A DNA stretch of 64,000 bases from Cirrosporium novae-zelandiae (Eukaryota), in assembly GCA_026023565.1 (NCBI GenBank), contig JAPETS010000010.1:434001-498000 (forward strand). Reading direction: 5' to 3'. Shown one piece after another: positions 26,008 through 37,008 of the stretch. The translations under genes and the position numbers were made by a program. The notes under the pieces were generated by a model. It did no database searches. It worked only from the letters and a program-made list of their open reading frames with translations, and was not told the DNA's origin. The number at the start of each line of letters is the position of its first letter. The stretch's first letter is position 1.

Positions 26008-27920
26008 TCATGGGCTCACCAAGTTTTTGTCGACAAGCCCATCATCTACCATATCCTGAAGAATCGCCATCACTTGCTCCTGTCCTCCTCCAATGATTTC
26101 CAGCAAACTCCCATTCGCTCCTGTGAGGGCAGCGGCTACTGCCTCCTTCACGACCCCTTCATGTTCTTCTTCTCCAGCACGTTCACTCTTTGCCACTGCA
26201 ACAGCGCCTCGATAATAAATCTGGGCATTCTTCAATAACATCATTGCATTGGTTTGTGCTGGCTTATGGGGGTATTGGCCTTCCCCAAGACGAAAACGGA
26301 GAAGCTCTATATCACCTCTTCCCAGATGTACCTTTGGCAAGTTTTCCACTGACTGGAGCTTGCTGGCCGTAGTCAAAGAGCTCAAAGCTGAAGTGAGATG
26401 TTTCCAACGGCGTGCATTGATTTCTGAAATAATTTCCTTATCCGCAAAACCGGTCTGCAATGACTCACTTACTGAAGAGTTAAGAGTGAGAAGAGCGTCT
26501 GCTTTGTCACAGAGTGCTTCGGGGTCGTTTTTGACGTCTATCCCAGATTGCTCTCCATATGCGGCTTCTATCTCATTCTCATATGTCTGGAAATTAATGC
26601 GTCCAGCTCGATAGCTTATGGCTGCAAAAGCACACCGGAAGTTGGCTTGAGCAATACTAATTTCATGTTGGCGATCAGTTCCTTCGAGATATAGGGGGAT
26701 CTTCTCCTTGAGAAGATTTCTCGAGTATTCCTCAATCCAAGCGATACCACTGCCCGAATCAGATAGCAGCGTTTCGCATAGCGTTGTTAGCGCCTCTAGT
26801 TGGGCACATGCAGTATCTACAAGGGTGTCTTTCGTGACTGGCTCCTCAATTGTTGCGAGCAGGCCATCTCCAGAGCCCTCGAGGGAACTTCTGACTTCTT
26901 CGTGTTGGTCCTTGTCAAAGGGGGCTATGTCATTTTCCGAATTCATTTGTGCCTCCGCAAGCATCTGTTCGAAATCCGTGTACTTAAATTCCTGCAAAGT
27001 TAGACACCTCTGAAAAAGCTCAAGAGCTTCTTGAAGCAGCTTCAGAGCCTCACTTCGGGTGTCTTGGGAATCGGTTTGGAGACCCGTTGATTTTCCTTTT
27101 CTTGATAATTTCGGATGATCAGAATTGAGTTGCTCCGCAAGGCTTGTCAATGCCTGGGCAGTATTGCTGGCACGTTTATTAGACTGAATTTATTACCGGG
27201 ATATATGGATCAACATACAATAAAACGTCAGCATTATCTTGTTGTAGGTGGAGGGCGATCCTATGAGATTCCAGTGCTACTCCGAGCAATTCGATCAGTG
27301 GTGATGGGAGCTGTGCTACGAGTTTTGGATATTGCGTCAGAGAGTATTGAACTCTTGCCCTGGATATCTTTTAGACTCCTTTCTTGGATAATAGACGTTG
27401 CATCAAGTTGATATCTCTAGAAAGCCTCTTAAGCAGCTATAGGAGCAGGCCTGATTAGTGTGCCCTAGTAGTTAAGGCTCTTACATGTATATGACTGGCT
27501 GGTGTCCCTAAGCTAAGCTCTCTACCTTCTTGTAGCCCCCTTGAGGGTAAGACATCATCAAATGGAGTATACATGGAGAGCCCATGACATAAACAACGCA
27601 ACGAGGTAGATGTATCCACGGATATAAAAAAAACGTACTTGTTATATGCAAGATCGAAAGATTCAGGAAAGAGCCGAAGCCCTTGATCATAATTATCTAT
27701 AGCCCGAAGAAAGAATCTAGTCGATTTGGCTGCATCACCAGCTCTCCATTTCTCTCCTGCCTCTTCAAAGTCAACCCCTACTTCAAGGAACTCGTCTGCG
27801 GTTTGTGGGCGCTTGAAGGGGATTAGTATATGATGAAGAAAGACATGTGAAATTTGACACTACCTGCTCTTTTTTCTTTTTTCCCTTTGATTGCTTGAGA
27901 AATTGCTTAGGCTTGGGCAT
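26008..27920 (-). CDS. Conserved fungal TPR-like helical protein (UPF0656-like), function unknown
   Basis: Spliced reading MPKPKQFLKQ..|RPQTADEFLEVGVDFEEAGEKWRAGDAAKSTRFFLRAI..FDLAYNK|ARVQY..DNADVLF|NTAQALTSLAEQ joins the 380-aa ORF; three introns. Confidence 0.75.
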
Positions 27921-28322
27921 GTTTAGTAGTTTGATAAGACTCAAAGGCACTGTAATTGTTAAAAAGATATATTTTTTTCTCCACCCTTCTACCTATAATG
28001 TATACAATACGAGTTAATAGAAAAAAATTGCAGTTTAAGTTCTTCATATTGTGGCGAGGTCCCAAAGTTATCTGATGACTAAGCGTTGTGGCTATCTTAG
28101 TGCTTTCTTATGGAATAAGGCTTTGGTCTCATCAATAGAAACCTTTACTTGTAAACAATCAGATGATGATGAAGCTCTTTTATGGACTTATAATTCGTGC
28201 TACTACCACATCTCTACAGGCCTACGTACAATATAAGAAAAACCAATGGAACTGGCAAAGATATTAGGATTGGATTGAATTTGCGTTCCCTACACTGATT
28301 ATTTTGGATAGCACTTCCACTT

Positions 28323-29513
28323 TCAACTTGGACGAAAATTGAAATCATCTTGGTGCCGTTCACGCTCCACCTCCTCATCAGGAAGCAATTTCGCTCTTAC
28401 TTCCACAGGTTGACCACTCGCTGCCATGAAATAGTTGCATTGTGATTTCGGAATTTTAAGTTGCTGTGCATAGTTGGGAAACCATGGGGCCTTGAAACCA
28501 ATCAATTGATCGTCATTAAGAAACCCCTTCGACACTTACCTGATATCCAATTGCGATCATGATCCTGTCAGCATCGCTTTCATTAGGCATACCTGCATGC
28601 CATAGTCTTAGGTCCCTTATTGTGATATCCCCCTTGCTACAAATTCCTCGTACAGGTGGACGAACACCTCGACGTGCCTCCACAACCTCTGGACGAACAT
28701 TACAAGTAGGTTCTCCTAAACGGACTTTTCCAGTCGTAAGTTCCGGAGTCGCTATTATTTGATCGTATCCAGTTGTGTGCAAATGCGAGCCAAGCCAGAA
28801 TTCCGTTGCGCCATTTTCTTCGGTAAAGTCGCAGAGAGGGATGTTGGCAATAAAATAAAAGGGGCACTACAAGATGCGGAAGAACTTAGTATCCCAATAC
28901 CATGTGCATGAATTGCAGATCTCACCTGGGGGTTGAAGAAGGTGATATCCTTGTGGACTGGCTGTCGAAGACCTCCTGTGTTGGCAAGAGCGTTATTACC
29001 AGTTGTGAAATTCCAAATTGGCTTCGATCCAAGATAGCTGTACTCTGAAGATTAGATGCTGTCTTATAGAGGTTTTTATTCTTAGTGACCCACGCATTTG
29101 CTATCTGAATGACGAATGGATTGAAATATACATCATCACACAGGAGATTAGGATTTGTCACCGGAGGACCATGAAGGATGTTTGCTGCAGGTAGAAATAT
29201 TATCAGCTAACTTCACGCTTGGACTGTATCTTTGAGTTGAATTGCAACATATGTTATAAGACCTACATCGAACCCCGTGGTTAAAGTATCTCTTGTCCTT
29301 CAGGATATCTGGGGTTTCAGCTCCCATGAATCGGTTTAAGTCATTCACATGGCTGACATCAACAACCGACTTCAGTACGACAAAGCCATCCTGATGCATA
29401 GCTTCAAGCGCCTTTTGCAGAGTTGAGACATTATAACTATTCTTTTTGCGCTCTTCGGCCGACATCTCGATGACACGAGGACGATCCTCCTCGAATAACT
29501 TTGCAGGAGCCAT
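28323..29513 (-). CDS. Phytanoyl-CoA dioxygenase (PhyH) family Fe(II)/2-oxoglutarate dioxygenase, KanJ-like
   Basis: DGFVVL, LRQPVHKDI (HxD), NIPLCDFTEENGATEFWLGSH, RDLRLWHAGMPN..RIM; four introns. Confidence 0.88.
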
Positions 29514-29681
29514 TTTGAGCTTGGACGATTCAAACAAATTACACCAACAACGATGGACAATGGACGAAATTAAATTATATACTAATGCTCACTGACATTC
29601 TTAGAATCCCGGATCATCTCGACCAAGGGCGACGATTACCGAGGCCTGATACTGACTTGCAGGGCCCCGCGTATAGATACG

Positions 29682-30030
29682 TTATCTCACCCACTCGAAG
29701 ATTGTTATCAAGAAGGATCCCGCTGTTCTCCACACCCTGATGGATTTCTGCGAACTAACGCCTCTGTACAGATTGAGTTACGAATCAGAAACTCCAGAAA
29801 GTGAGATGTTCAATTTTTGCAAGCATCGAGAAGTTCTTTCTTTGGGACCTTGCCCTTACGTTATCGATGTTTATCTCTCGGCTGTGATAAACTTAACCGA
29901 GTTTTGGAGGTACACGCACGGTTGCCACAATGGGAACCGTAAAGGTCATAGCAAGGTTGCATCAAATATCATTGTGCAACCTGGTGGCTGACCCAAACTC
30001 TCGATAACGTTTTGCCTTGTGGTGGGATAA
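29682..30030. promoter_or_regulatory. Cluster of GATAA sites (candidate AreA/NIT2 sites) in a divergent promoter
   Basis: GATAA-containing hexamers on either strand at 29682, 29705, 29861, 29871, 29885, 30002 and 30025. Confidence 0.55.
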
Positions 30031-30134
30031 AGGGGAATGATCCAAGAATTCCTAGAAATTATTTTTTTTCAATGGGGTTTCAGGGCGATACGACTGAAAG
30101 AAGCCTCCCGAGACACATCTATCTAATTTTCACA

Positions 30135-32307
30135 ATGAGGTACTCCGATCAGAGCTTGAAGCTCAAAGCTAGACTGCAAGAATTTCGAGGAGCTTTCAAG
30201 AGTCGCCAGGCATTTCTTCACTCCATTCAAACCAACGACACATCCCTGGATCAACATGGGCATACGGGGAGCACCACATGGAGTAATGAAGGTATGTTGC
30301 AATTTACTCAGTCGTTGCATATCTCTCTCTCTTGCTATGTTGCTGATTCTTAACCATAGATCTTGATCCTACGCCGCCAGAGAAGCGCAGTAAGTTTCGA
30401 GTGATTACCGTTGCTAAAGCTCGGTATTAATGTAGTCTAGCATGGAGATGGTACAACTATGTTATATTCTACTTTGGACTTTCATTTGGTAACTGGACTC
30501 TGGGATCTGTAAGTGGTTCCAAAACCCGCTTGATATTAAAATTAGACTGATATCTCGGCTCATTCGGACTATGATCGGTATTGGTCTAAACTGGTGGCAA
30601 TCTATTATTGCAATCTTTCTTTCGCAGTTTATATCCTCGGTGGCCATGTTCTTCAACTCACGATGTGCAAGTGTATATCATATCGGTTATCCGTGTGTCG
30701 CTCGCAGCGTGTTTGGAATGTGGGGTAGCTACTATTTTGTTGGTGCCAGGGCAGCTCTCGCTGTCATTTGGTATGGCGTGCAGTGTAAGTTTTAAAATAG
30801 CCACTAGGTTCTATCAAATTTTCTGACCGAGTGTACCTGGGATTAGTGTACTCTGGGGCATCTTTGATGGCTAATTGCCTAAGAGCTGTATTTGGCCATG
30901 GATATATGAACATCCCAAATACTATTCCTGCATCCGTTGGAATCACTAGTGCTAGAATGCTAGCCTTCTTCCTATTCTGGCTGATCCATCTACCTTTCTC
31001 GTTCTTCAGGCCATATCAACTGCGAAAGTTCTTTTGGTTCAAGAGCATAATCATAATGCCAGCGGCATGGGGTCTCTTCATCTTCTGCATGGTAAATACT
31101 AAAGCAAAGCTTGGCGGCATGAATTCAACTTTTAGGGGAAATGGAATGGGCTGGTTTTTTGTCTATGCTATCAACAGTGGAATGGGGTAGGTTCATCTTC
31201 CATCTTGTTTCCTGATTACCCTTCCCTAACTAAAGCTCTACCATAAGCCATTCAATGCCACCGTATCCCTTCTTTATAATGTATTTACAATTGCTATGTT
31301 TTGAACTAACTCTTTCAGTAATACTGCGACTCTCATAACCAATCAACCGGATATTGCGCGATGGAGTAAGACGAAGCAAGGAGCAATGTGGTCTCAGCTG
31401 ATCACGAACCCGATCGCAGTCACGCTGTCTGCTTCCTTAGGAATACTTTCGACTGCAGCCATTAATAATACTTGGGGTCTCGAGCTTTGGAACCAATGGG
31501 ATCTCCTAGACGCCATCATGACGCGATATTGGTCGAGTTCTGCTCGTTTCGCCGTCTTCTTATCAGCGTTTACGTGGATGGTCTCAATCCTCGGCACTAA
31601 TATCGCTGCGAATATGATTCCATTCGGTTCAGACAGCTCGATGTTGTTTCCACGATATATAACAATTCCACGTGGCCAGTTCCTCGTTGAACTTCTGGGT
31701 TTCGCCATTTGTCCTTGGAAGATTTTAGCTTCAGCATCTGTCTTCACAACCTTCTTGAGCGGATATGGACTTTTCATGGCTAGTGTCGTGGCCATTATGA
31801 TTTGTGACTACTTTCTGTTGACGAAAGGAAATGTTTTTATCGGTAGTTTATATGACGGGTCTAGTTGGAATAAGCACTACTATTATACCCGAGGCTGGAA
31901 CATCCAAGCTGTTATTGCATATATCAGTGGAATCGCTCTTCCATTCCCAGGTACGTTGAACATTACTTCTCAACATTTTTGATCTCTCTTTAGAGTTTAT
32001 ACTCACGTTTTTTATAGGCTTTGTTGGAACACTCGGCCCCACGGTATCGAAACCAGCGCAAGATATGGGGCATCTAGGATGGTTATTATCATTTTTCACA
32101 TCTTTCATCATTTATTACTTGATTTGCCTGGTCTGGCCAACAGGTAATCAGAAACTGATTAAGGAGATGAATATCACTTGGGAAGAGGAATCTTGCAAGG
32201 TAATTGTTGCCGAGGACGGAACGGAAGTCAGAGAGGGATCAATAGCTGAGGAGACGGAGAAAGGGTTGGGATATAGCCCCACTGTTGAGCCGGTCAAGCC
32301 GGTGTGA
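30135..32307 (+). CDS. NCS1-family nucleobase:cation symporter (Fur-type uracil/allantoin/uridine permease-like)
   Basis: WSNE|DLDPTPPEKR|TWRWYNY, YHIGYPCVARSVFGMWGS, NQPDIARW, LGTNIAANMIPFGSD, ICPWKIL, FTTFLSGY; five short introns. Confidence 0.93.
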
Positions 32308-33368
32308 GTATGATGGTTAGGAATTTTGATGGATGGCTATGTGTCACTGCCTTGTAGAAAGCCCTTGATGAAATGTTGTACATGTACTTTAGAACTTGTA
32401 GATGAAGGCCAATGTACAGACTAAGTTAAGGTAGTTGATAGAATACGGCGTAGCTAAGTTTGTAGCGCCTAGGTTGATATCACCTGAACATAGACTTGTA
32501 CTAGATTTATTTTAGCAATGCTAGTTTTGGATATGGTCCGAAGTCAATTGATATACTTCTGTTAGTTGAATGGATTTCAAGCGCTGGGCTTGAGTTAATT
32601 TGGTGCAAAAGAGCACAAGAAGCACAAGGAGCACAAGAACGTTGAACAGGATCTGCGTCTGCCACGAGCCTGCTAGGAATGACCTTGAGATTTGGTGGAA
32701 CTTCAAGTTTCTATTCGTCAGCCCAAGAACGTGGCCGAACGGAAAGTCGCATGGCACAATTGAGCTAATCTAAAAACGGCGAGTAATGAAGGGATCCCAC
32801 CGCATCCCTGTTTATCTATCACTTAGGCCTGGCAGGGTAGTGGGCAAGTGGGCAGGCACACGGTAGGATGAAATAGATGGCAACCCGCATCCTTTCCACC
32901 CGTCCAACTCAAATCCTTTTTCGGTTCCTCAAATACCCTCACCTTTTTTTTTTTTGAATGTCTCCAGGGCTCTCCAAACGTTGACATTTCCATTGTCAAG
33001 CCTTTGTCTCCACTACTCTACTGACAGATTATTATCAACCCCTTCAGATCTTTATCTGCTTATCAACCAGTAAATATTCCATATCTATTTATCAGCCTTT
33101 CCCTAGAAATCAACAAATTATACTCGTCACGAGTTGGTGTGCATTGCATTGCTTGGACCGGTTCTAACTGCCTCCTTTTGACGTCAGATCTTTAAAGCGC
33201 TTTACATGCTCTGAAACACACGAATCCTTGACCTAGTTCATTACGAAGTCTCCTATCTGCTGAACCGCTAATACCTCACCCCCCCCCAAAACTAGCAGTC
33301 ATCCATTCTGCCGCAAACCTTTACTACTCCTTTCTCCCCCATCTCTTCTTCTAAAAGCAAATCTCACA

Positions 33369-33886
33369 ATGGGACCTTCTTTGGAAAGTGAAAGACCTAT
33401 CATGGCACCAAGCGTAAGATATTCCTATTTTTTTTGCTGCTTCTATAGTATCAGCGGATTTCTCATATCGATAAATTATTCCTAATTACCCCATCTTATC
33501 ATCCATCAACCCCTGCGCTTCCACGTTGCCATGCTTCGATTATGTTTCACTAACCGCGCTTCCTCTAGGTCTCGTCAAACCGCGACTCCCAGCGCTTCAG
33601 CACTTACTCCGAAGCTCCATCTACCGAAGCTCCATCTACCAAAACTACCGACTCCCAAACCCACCGCATTGCAGAGATCAACCAATGGGAGGATGGCCTC
33701 GAGCGCCTCAAGAACAAGGACCTCGAAAAACAGCGCTTCACAGCGACACCAGAGAAGACCGATCATATGGGCAAATTGGCATTGGGGGCTAAGCTTGACA
33801 GAGCACTAGAGCGAAGACTGCATGGCCAGGATGCCGTATTAAGGAAGAAGGTGGGGACCTTCAACGAGAAGGTACCTATTGAATAA
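33369..33886 (+). CDS. Small two-exon hypothetical protein (120 aa), absent from the ORF track
   Basis: Exon 1 33369-33413 (MGPSLESERPIMAPS); intron 33414-33568 (GTAAGA..CTAAC..TAG); exon 2 open to TAA 33886: VSSNRDSQRFSTYS..WEDGLERLKNKDLEKQRF..KLALGAKLDRALERRLHGQDAV. Confidence 0.75.
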
Positions 33887-34737
33887 ACACGCTCTTCGGA
33901 GTATGTGAGATGGGAAACCAGATGTGGAGGGGTGATATAAAGATAGGCGGTGTTGTTGCTATCCAACCATGCTGGCCTCAACCAAGCCAGCTGAACCTAT
34001 ACTACCTCTTTTTTGGTTCGTTCGACGGATTTTCATGGGCTCTTAGACGAGTCAGACGATGGGAATTTCTCATCTACTGGATAATAGATTGCTACCAGAT
34101 TACTAAGAGAAGATGCATACCGAGCTTTGGTATCTGTTAATATTTATTTATATGTTTTCTTAATGCGTTATTCAATCGATCAACGGATTCAATCAATACC
34201 CAGCACAACGATAACTGTCGATTCATTTTCTGCTCCCACGAATATCATGTTTTAAACCTGATGAACGACTGAGAATGCTGAGAGATGATCGGGTACGGAT
34301 GGTAACTGAAATTCCCTGCATCGAAGACTTAAGATACCACGGTGCTTTACTGTCTAATGTTGAATCTCGCTTTTGTTATGGAGTATTAATTGAATTGAAG
34401 TACTATATCAAGAAAATCCACATCACTACTATTGTGCTATTTTCCCTAAAGTTGATAATTGATATCATAAAACGATATTAATGTGACAGTAAATCTAGCT
34501 CTACTAAACTATGATGGCTCATATGGTTAGTAGCTCTAATTCTGATTAAATATGACTAGACCGGATTTGCTACATTAGGGTTCGAGGGTTCTCAAATATG
34601 CTTAGTTTGCCTTGTTTGCAAAGCTTTTCGGCTTGTAAATACTTTTTTGTCTTCATATAAATCCAGCACTGTGAATACTTAGTATCTGCATAAGGAAGGA
34701 AATCTGTACCTGAGCTAACTAAGGGCCATTGCACAAA

Positions 34738-36417
34738 ATGAGCCCTTCATCTTCTTCTGAGATAAAATTAAAATGGGACGCTCTTACTGAAGTTCTTTAC
34801 ACCAATCCCTACTCCCCTAGTTTTTACCTTGCTCGTTCACATTTCTATTTTTCTCAAGGGTTCCCTGACCTAGCATCTGGCGATGCATATAGGGGGTTGC
34901 TCCTTATTGATGAAATTGAGGATGAAGAAGGAGAGTATCATGACGAAGCAGTAGCGTCTGTAGTAGAAGGAGAAGGCGTGGAAAGGTTGGCAAAAGAACT
35001 GTATCTTCTTTTGGGACAGAGCCTGAAGAGATGTGGGTGCTTGGAAAGCGCCTATAATTTCTTAACGAGGGCTATAGGGAGGTGGCCTGAAGAAGACAGT
35101 CTTGTTGAAGAGAGGAGAAACCTCCACGAGACATATCTGTTGGAAGAAAAGAGAAAGCTAAAAGACGATTCTTCTGGGAAGTCCGCGCAGTCGCTATCTG
35201 ATTTTGCGCATCCTACCTCCACATGTAACACGACCCATACTTCTGGCTCCTGCAAACTCCCAGACACAGGCCACGCCCCCCGCATCCTCTACCCCTGGAA
35301 CACACATGAACCTTCTCGATACTCCACCTCCACGCTTTCGACCCTGAACTCACTCCTCCGCCCGCATGGTCCAAACCTCGAAATCAGGAAGGTGGCGCTT
35401 CCGCTGCTAACTTATGATGGAAAAGGGAAAGAGGATGTGACGCAATTAGGCCTCTTTTCGACCACTGATCTGCCCCCAACTACAGCTGTGTTACACGAAA
35501 GGACATTGCTCACTGCAACAGCAACATTGCATGGTGAGCTTTGCGATGCTTGTGCGGCACCTTTGCCTCCCTTGTCCTCAACAGCTTCTGCCTCCCAACA
35601 GCCTGTCGCATGCCCATCTTGTCCGGATACAATCTTCTGCTCCTCCTCCTGTCTCTCTGAAGCACAAAAAATTTATCATCCAGCTCTCTGCTCCGATGGA
35701 AATGCTGATCCTTTTATCCACACGTTGTTCAAGGACCCGAAACCTGCTGATGCTGCCGATGCATTGTATTCTTTACTTTTGCTCCGTGTCTTAGCGATGG
35801 CCGAAACACAGGAAGTGCATCCTCTTGATTTGATGGTGGTGAAATATATCTGGGGAGACTTTGCTTCTTCTCCCAAAGCTTATCCTTTACCATCGCCCGA
35901 AGCCAACGAAGCCAAAGTTGAGGCAGAATATGTTAAACCCTATACCACTCTCCCTTTTACTTTCACCCATTGCATTCAAGATCCCATTCACATCCTCTAC
36001 AGCATGGACATAAACCCCTTCACTTCTCTTTCCACACTTTCCGATCCCTGGATCCATCAAACTCTCTTCGCGAAGTTTCGTGGCACGGCATCTGGTCGCG
36101 TGAATCCTCGTACAGGTATCCCAGAGACAGCAGCAGTGCATCCACTATGGTGCTTAGCTAATCATAGTTGTGCCCCCAATGTAGAGTGGAAATGGGGCGG
36201 TGAGATGATTCTTAAGGTCCGAGAGAAGAAAGTGGAATGGGGTGATGAGAAAGATAAGGGAAAATGGGAAGGCATCAAGAAAGACCAAGAAATATTAAAT
36301 CATTACTGCGATGTTTACCTTCCTGCCAAAGAGCGAAGAGAGTGGGCGGCGGGAGCATTGGGGGGAGTATGCATGTGCGATAGGTGTGTATGGGAAGCTT
36401 CCCAAAAGGAAGAATGA
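34738..36417 (+). CDS. SMYD-like SET-domain lysine methyltransferase with N-terminal TPR-like region and MYND-like zinc finger
   Basis: CDAC..CPSC..IFCSSSC..YHPALC, ANHSCAPN, EILNHY, post-SET CMCDRC. Confidence 0.85.
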   Translation: MSPSSSSEIKLKWDALTEVLYTNPYSPSFYLARSHFYFSQGFPDLASGDAYRGLLLIDEIEDEEGEYHDEAVASVVEGEGVERLAKELYLLLGQSLKRCGCLESAYNFLTRAIGRWPEEDSLVEERRNLHETYLLEEKRKLKDDSSGKSAQSLSDFAHPTSTCNTTHTSGSCKLPDTGHAPRILYPWNTHEPSRYSTSTLSTLNSLLRPHGPNLEIRKVALPLLTYDGKGKEDVTQLGLFSTTDLPPTTAVLHERTLLTATATLHGELCDACAAPLPPLSSTASASQQPVACPSCPDTIFCSSSCLSEAQKIYHPALCSDGNADPFIHTLFKDPKPADAADALYSLLLLRVLAMAETQEVHPLDLMVVKYIWGDFASSPKAYPLPSPEANEAKVEAEYVKPYTTLPFTFTHCIQDPIHILYSMDINPFTSLSTLSDPWIHQTLFAKFRGTASGRVNPRTGIPETAAVHPLWCLANHSCAPNVEWKWGGEMILKVREKKVEWGDEKDKGKWEGIKKDQEILNHYCDVYLPAKERREWAAGALGGVCMCDRCVWEASQKEE

Positions 36418-36815
36418 TGGTGATGTGAATGGGGAAAAGGTGCAATTAATGGGAATTTGAATTTTTACACGTTCTGGATATGGTATTATGGTTACTTTGA
36501 TATATGAGAGAGATGAGAATCTCGCGACAGGATGAAGACTCGCATTTCCTAGGAGTTGAAGAGAAGGTTATATACAAAGACTATGAACTAGGGCTTGAAT
36601 GATAGGTTAGAACTAGATCCATTATATTCCCCCAAGCACTACTTCTCAAACCTAGCAGATTAAAGTTCTTAGACTAGGCCAGATATACAGGAGCATGTGT
36701 ATGTGGAGTTCAGGTTAGCTAAAGTCTTGGGATCTAGGAATATTTTACTGGATTCTAGAGTAAGGAGAATAAGCTTGAGAGCAAGAAAAGACATTATTTG
36801 GTAATGTAAAACAGA

Positions 36816-36842
36816 ACGCGTTTATGGGAGAAGAAGACGCGT
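36816..36842. promoter_or_regulatory. Paired MCB boxes (ACGCGT)
   Basis: ACGCGT at 36816-36821 and 36837-36842, about 170-190 bp upstream of the dynamitin ATG. Confidence 0.55.
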
Positions 36843-37008
36843 GTGAGAGCGGTAGAGCTTCCAGCTGGTAAACTAGCGAGGTCTTCGGCCGAAAGAAAGA
36901 TAGACAGACAGAGAGACAAAGACAGACAGACAGGCAAATAACCACAATCCCCAACCTGTTTCTGTCCTTTTGTTTCCAAGCTTGCCTTGGTAGACCGTTC
37001 AATGCAAT

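Noticed and set aside
31187..31318. 132-nt NCS1 intron with two CTAAC branch sites, considered as a nested intron or cassette exon
   Set aside because: Removing the inner intron does not reconstitute a donor, and single-step splicing restores the conserved frame (GMG|NTATL).
32612..32639. Three 9-bp AGCACAAG(A/G) repeats
   Set aside because: Short slippage repeat without spacers or other context; not CRISPR-like.
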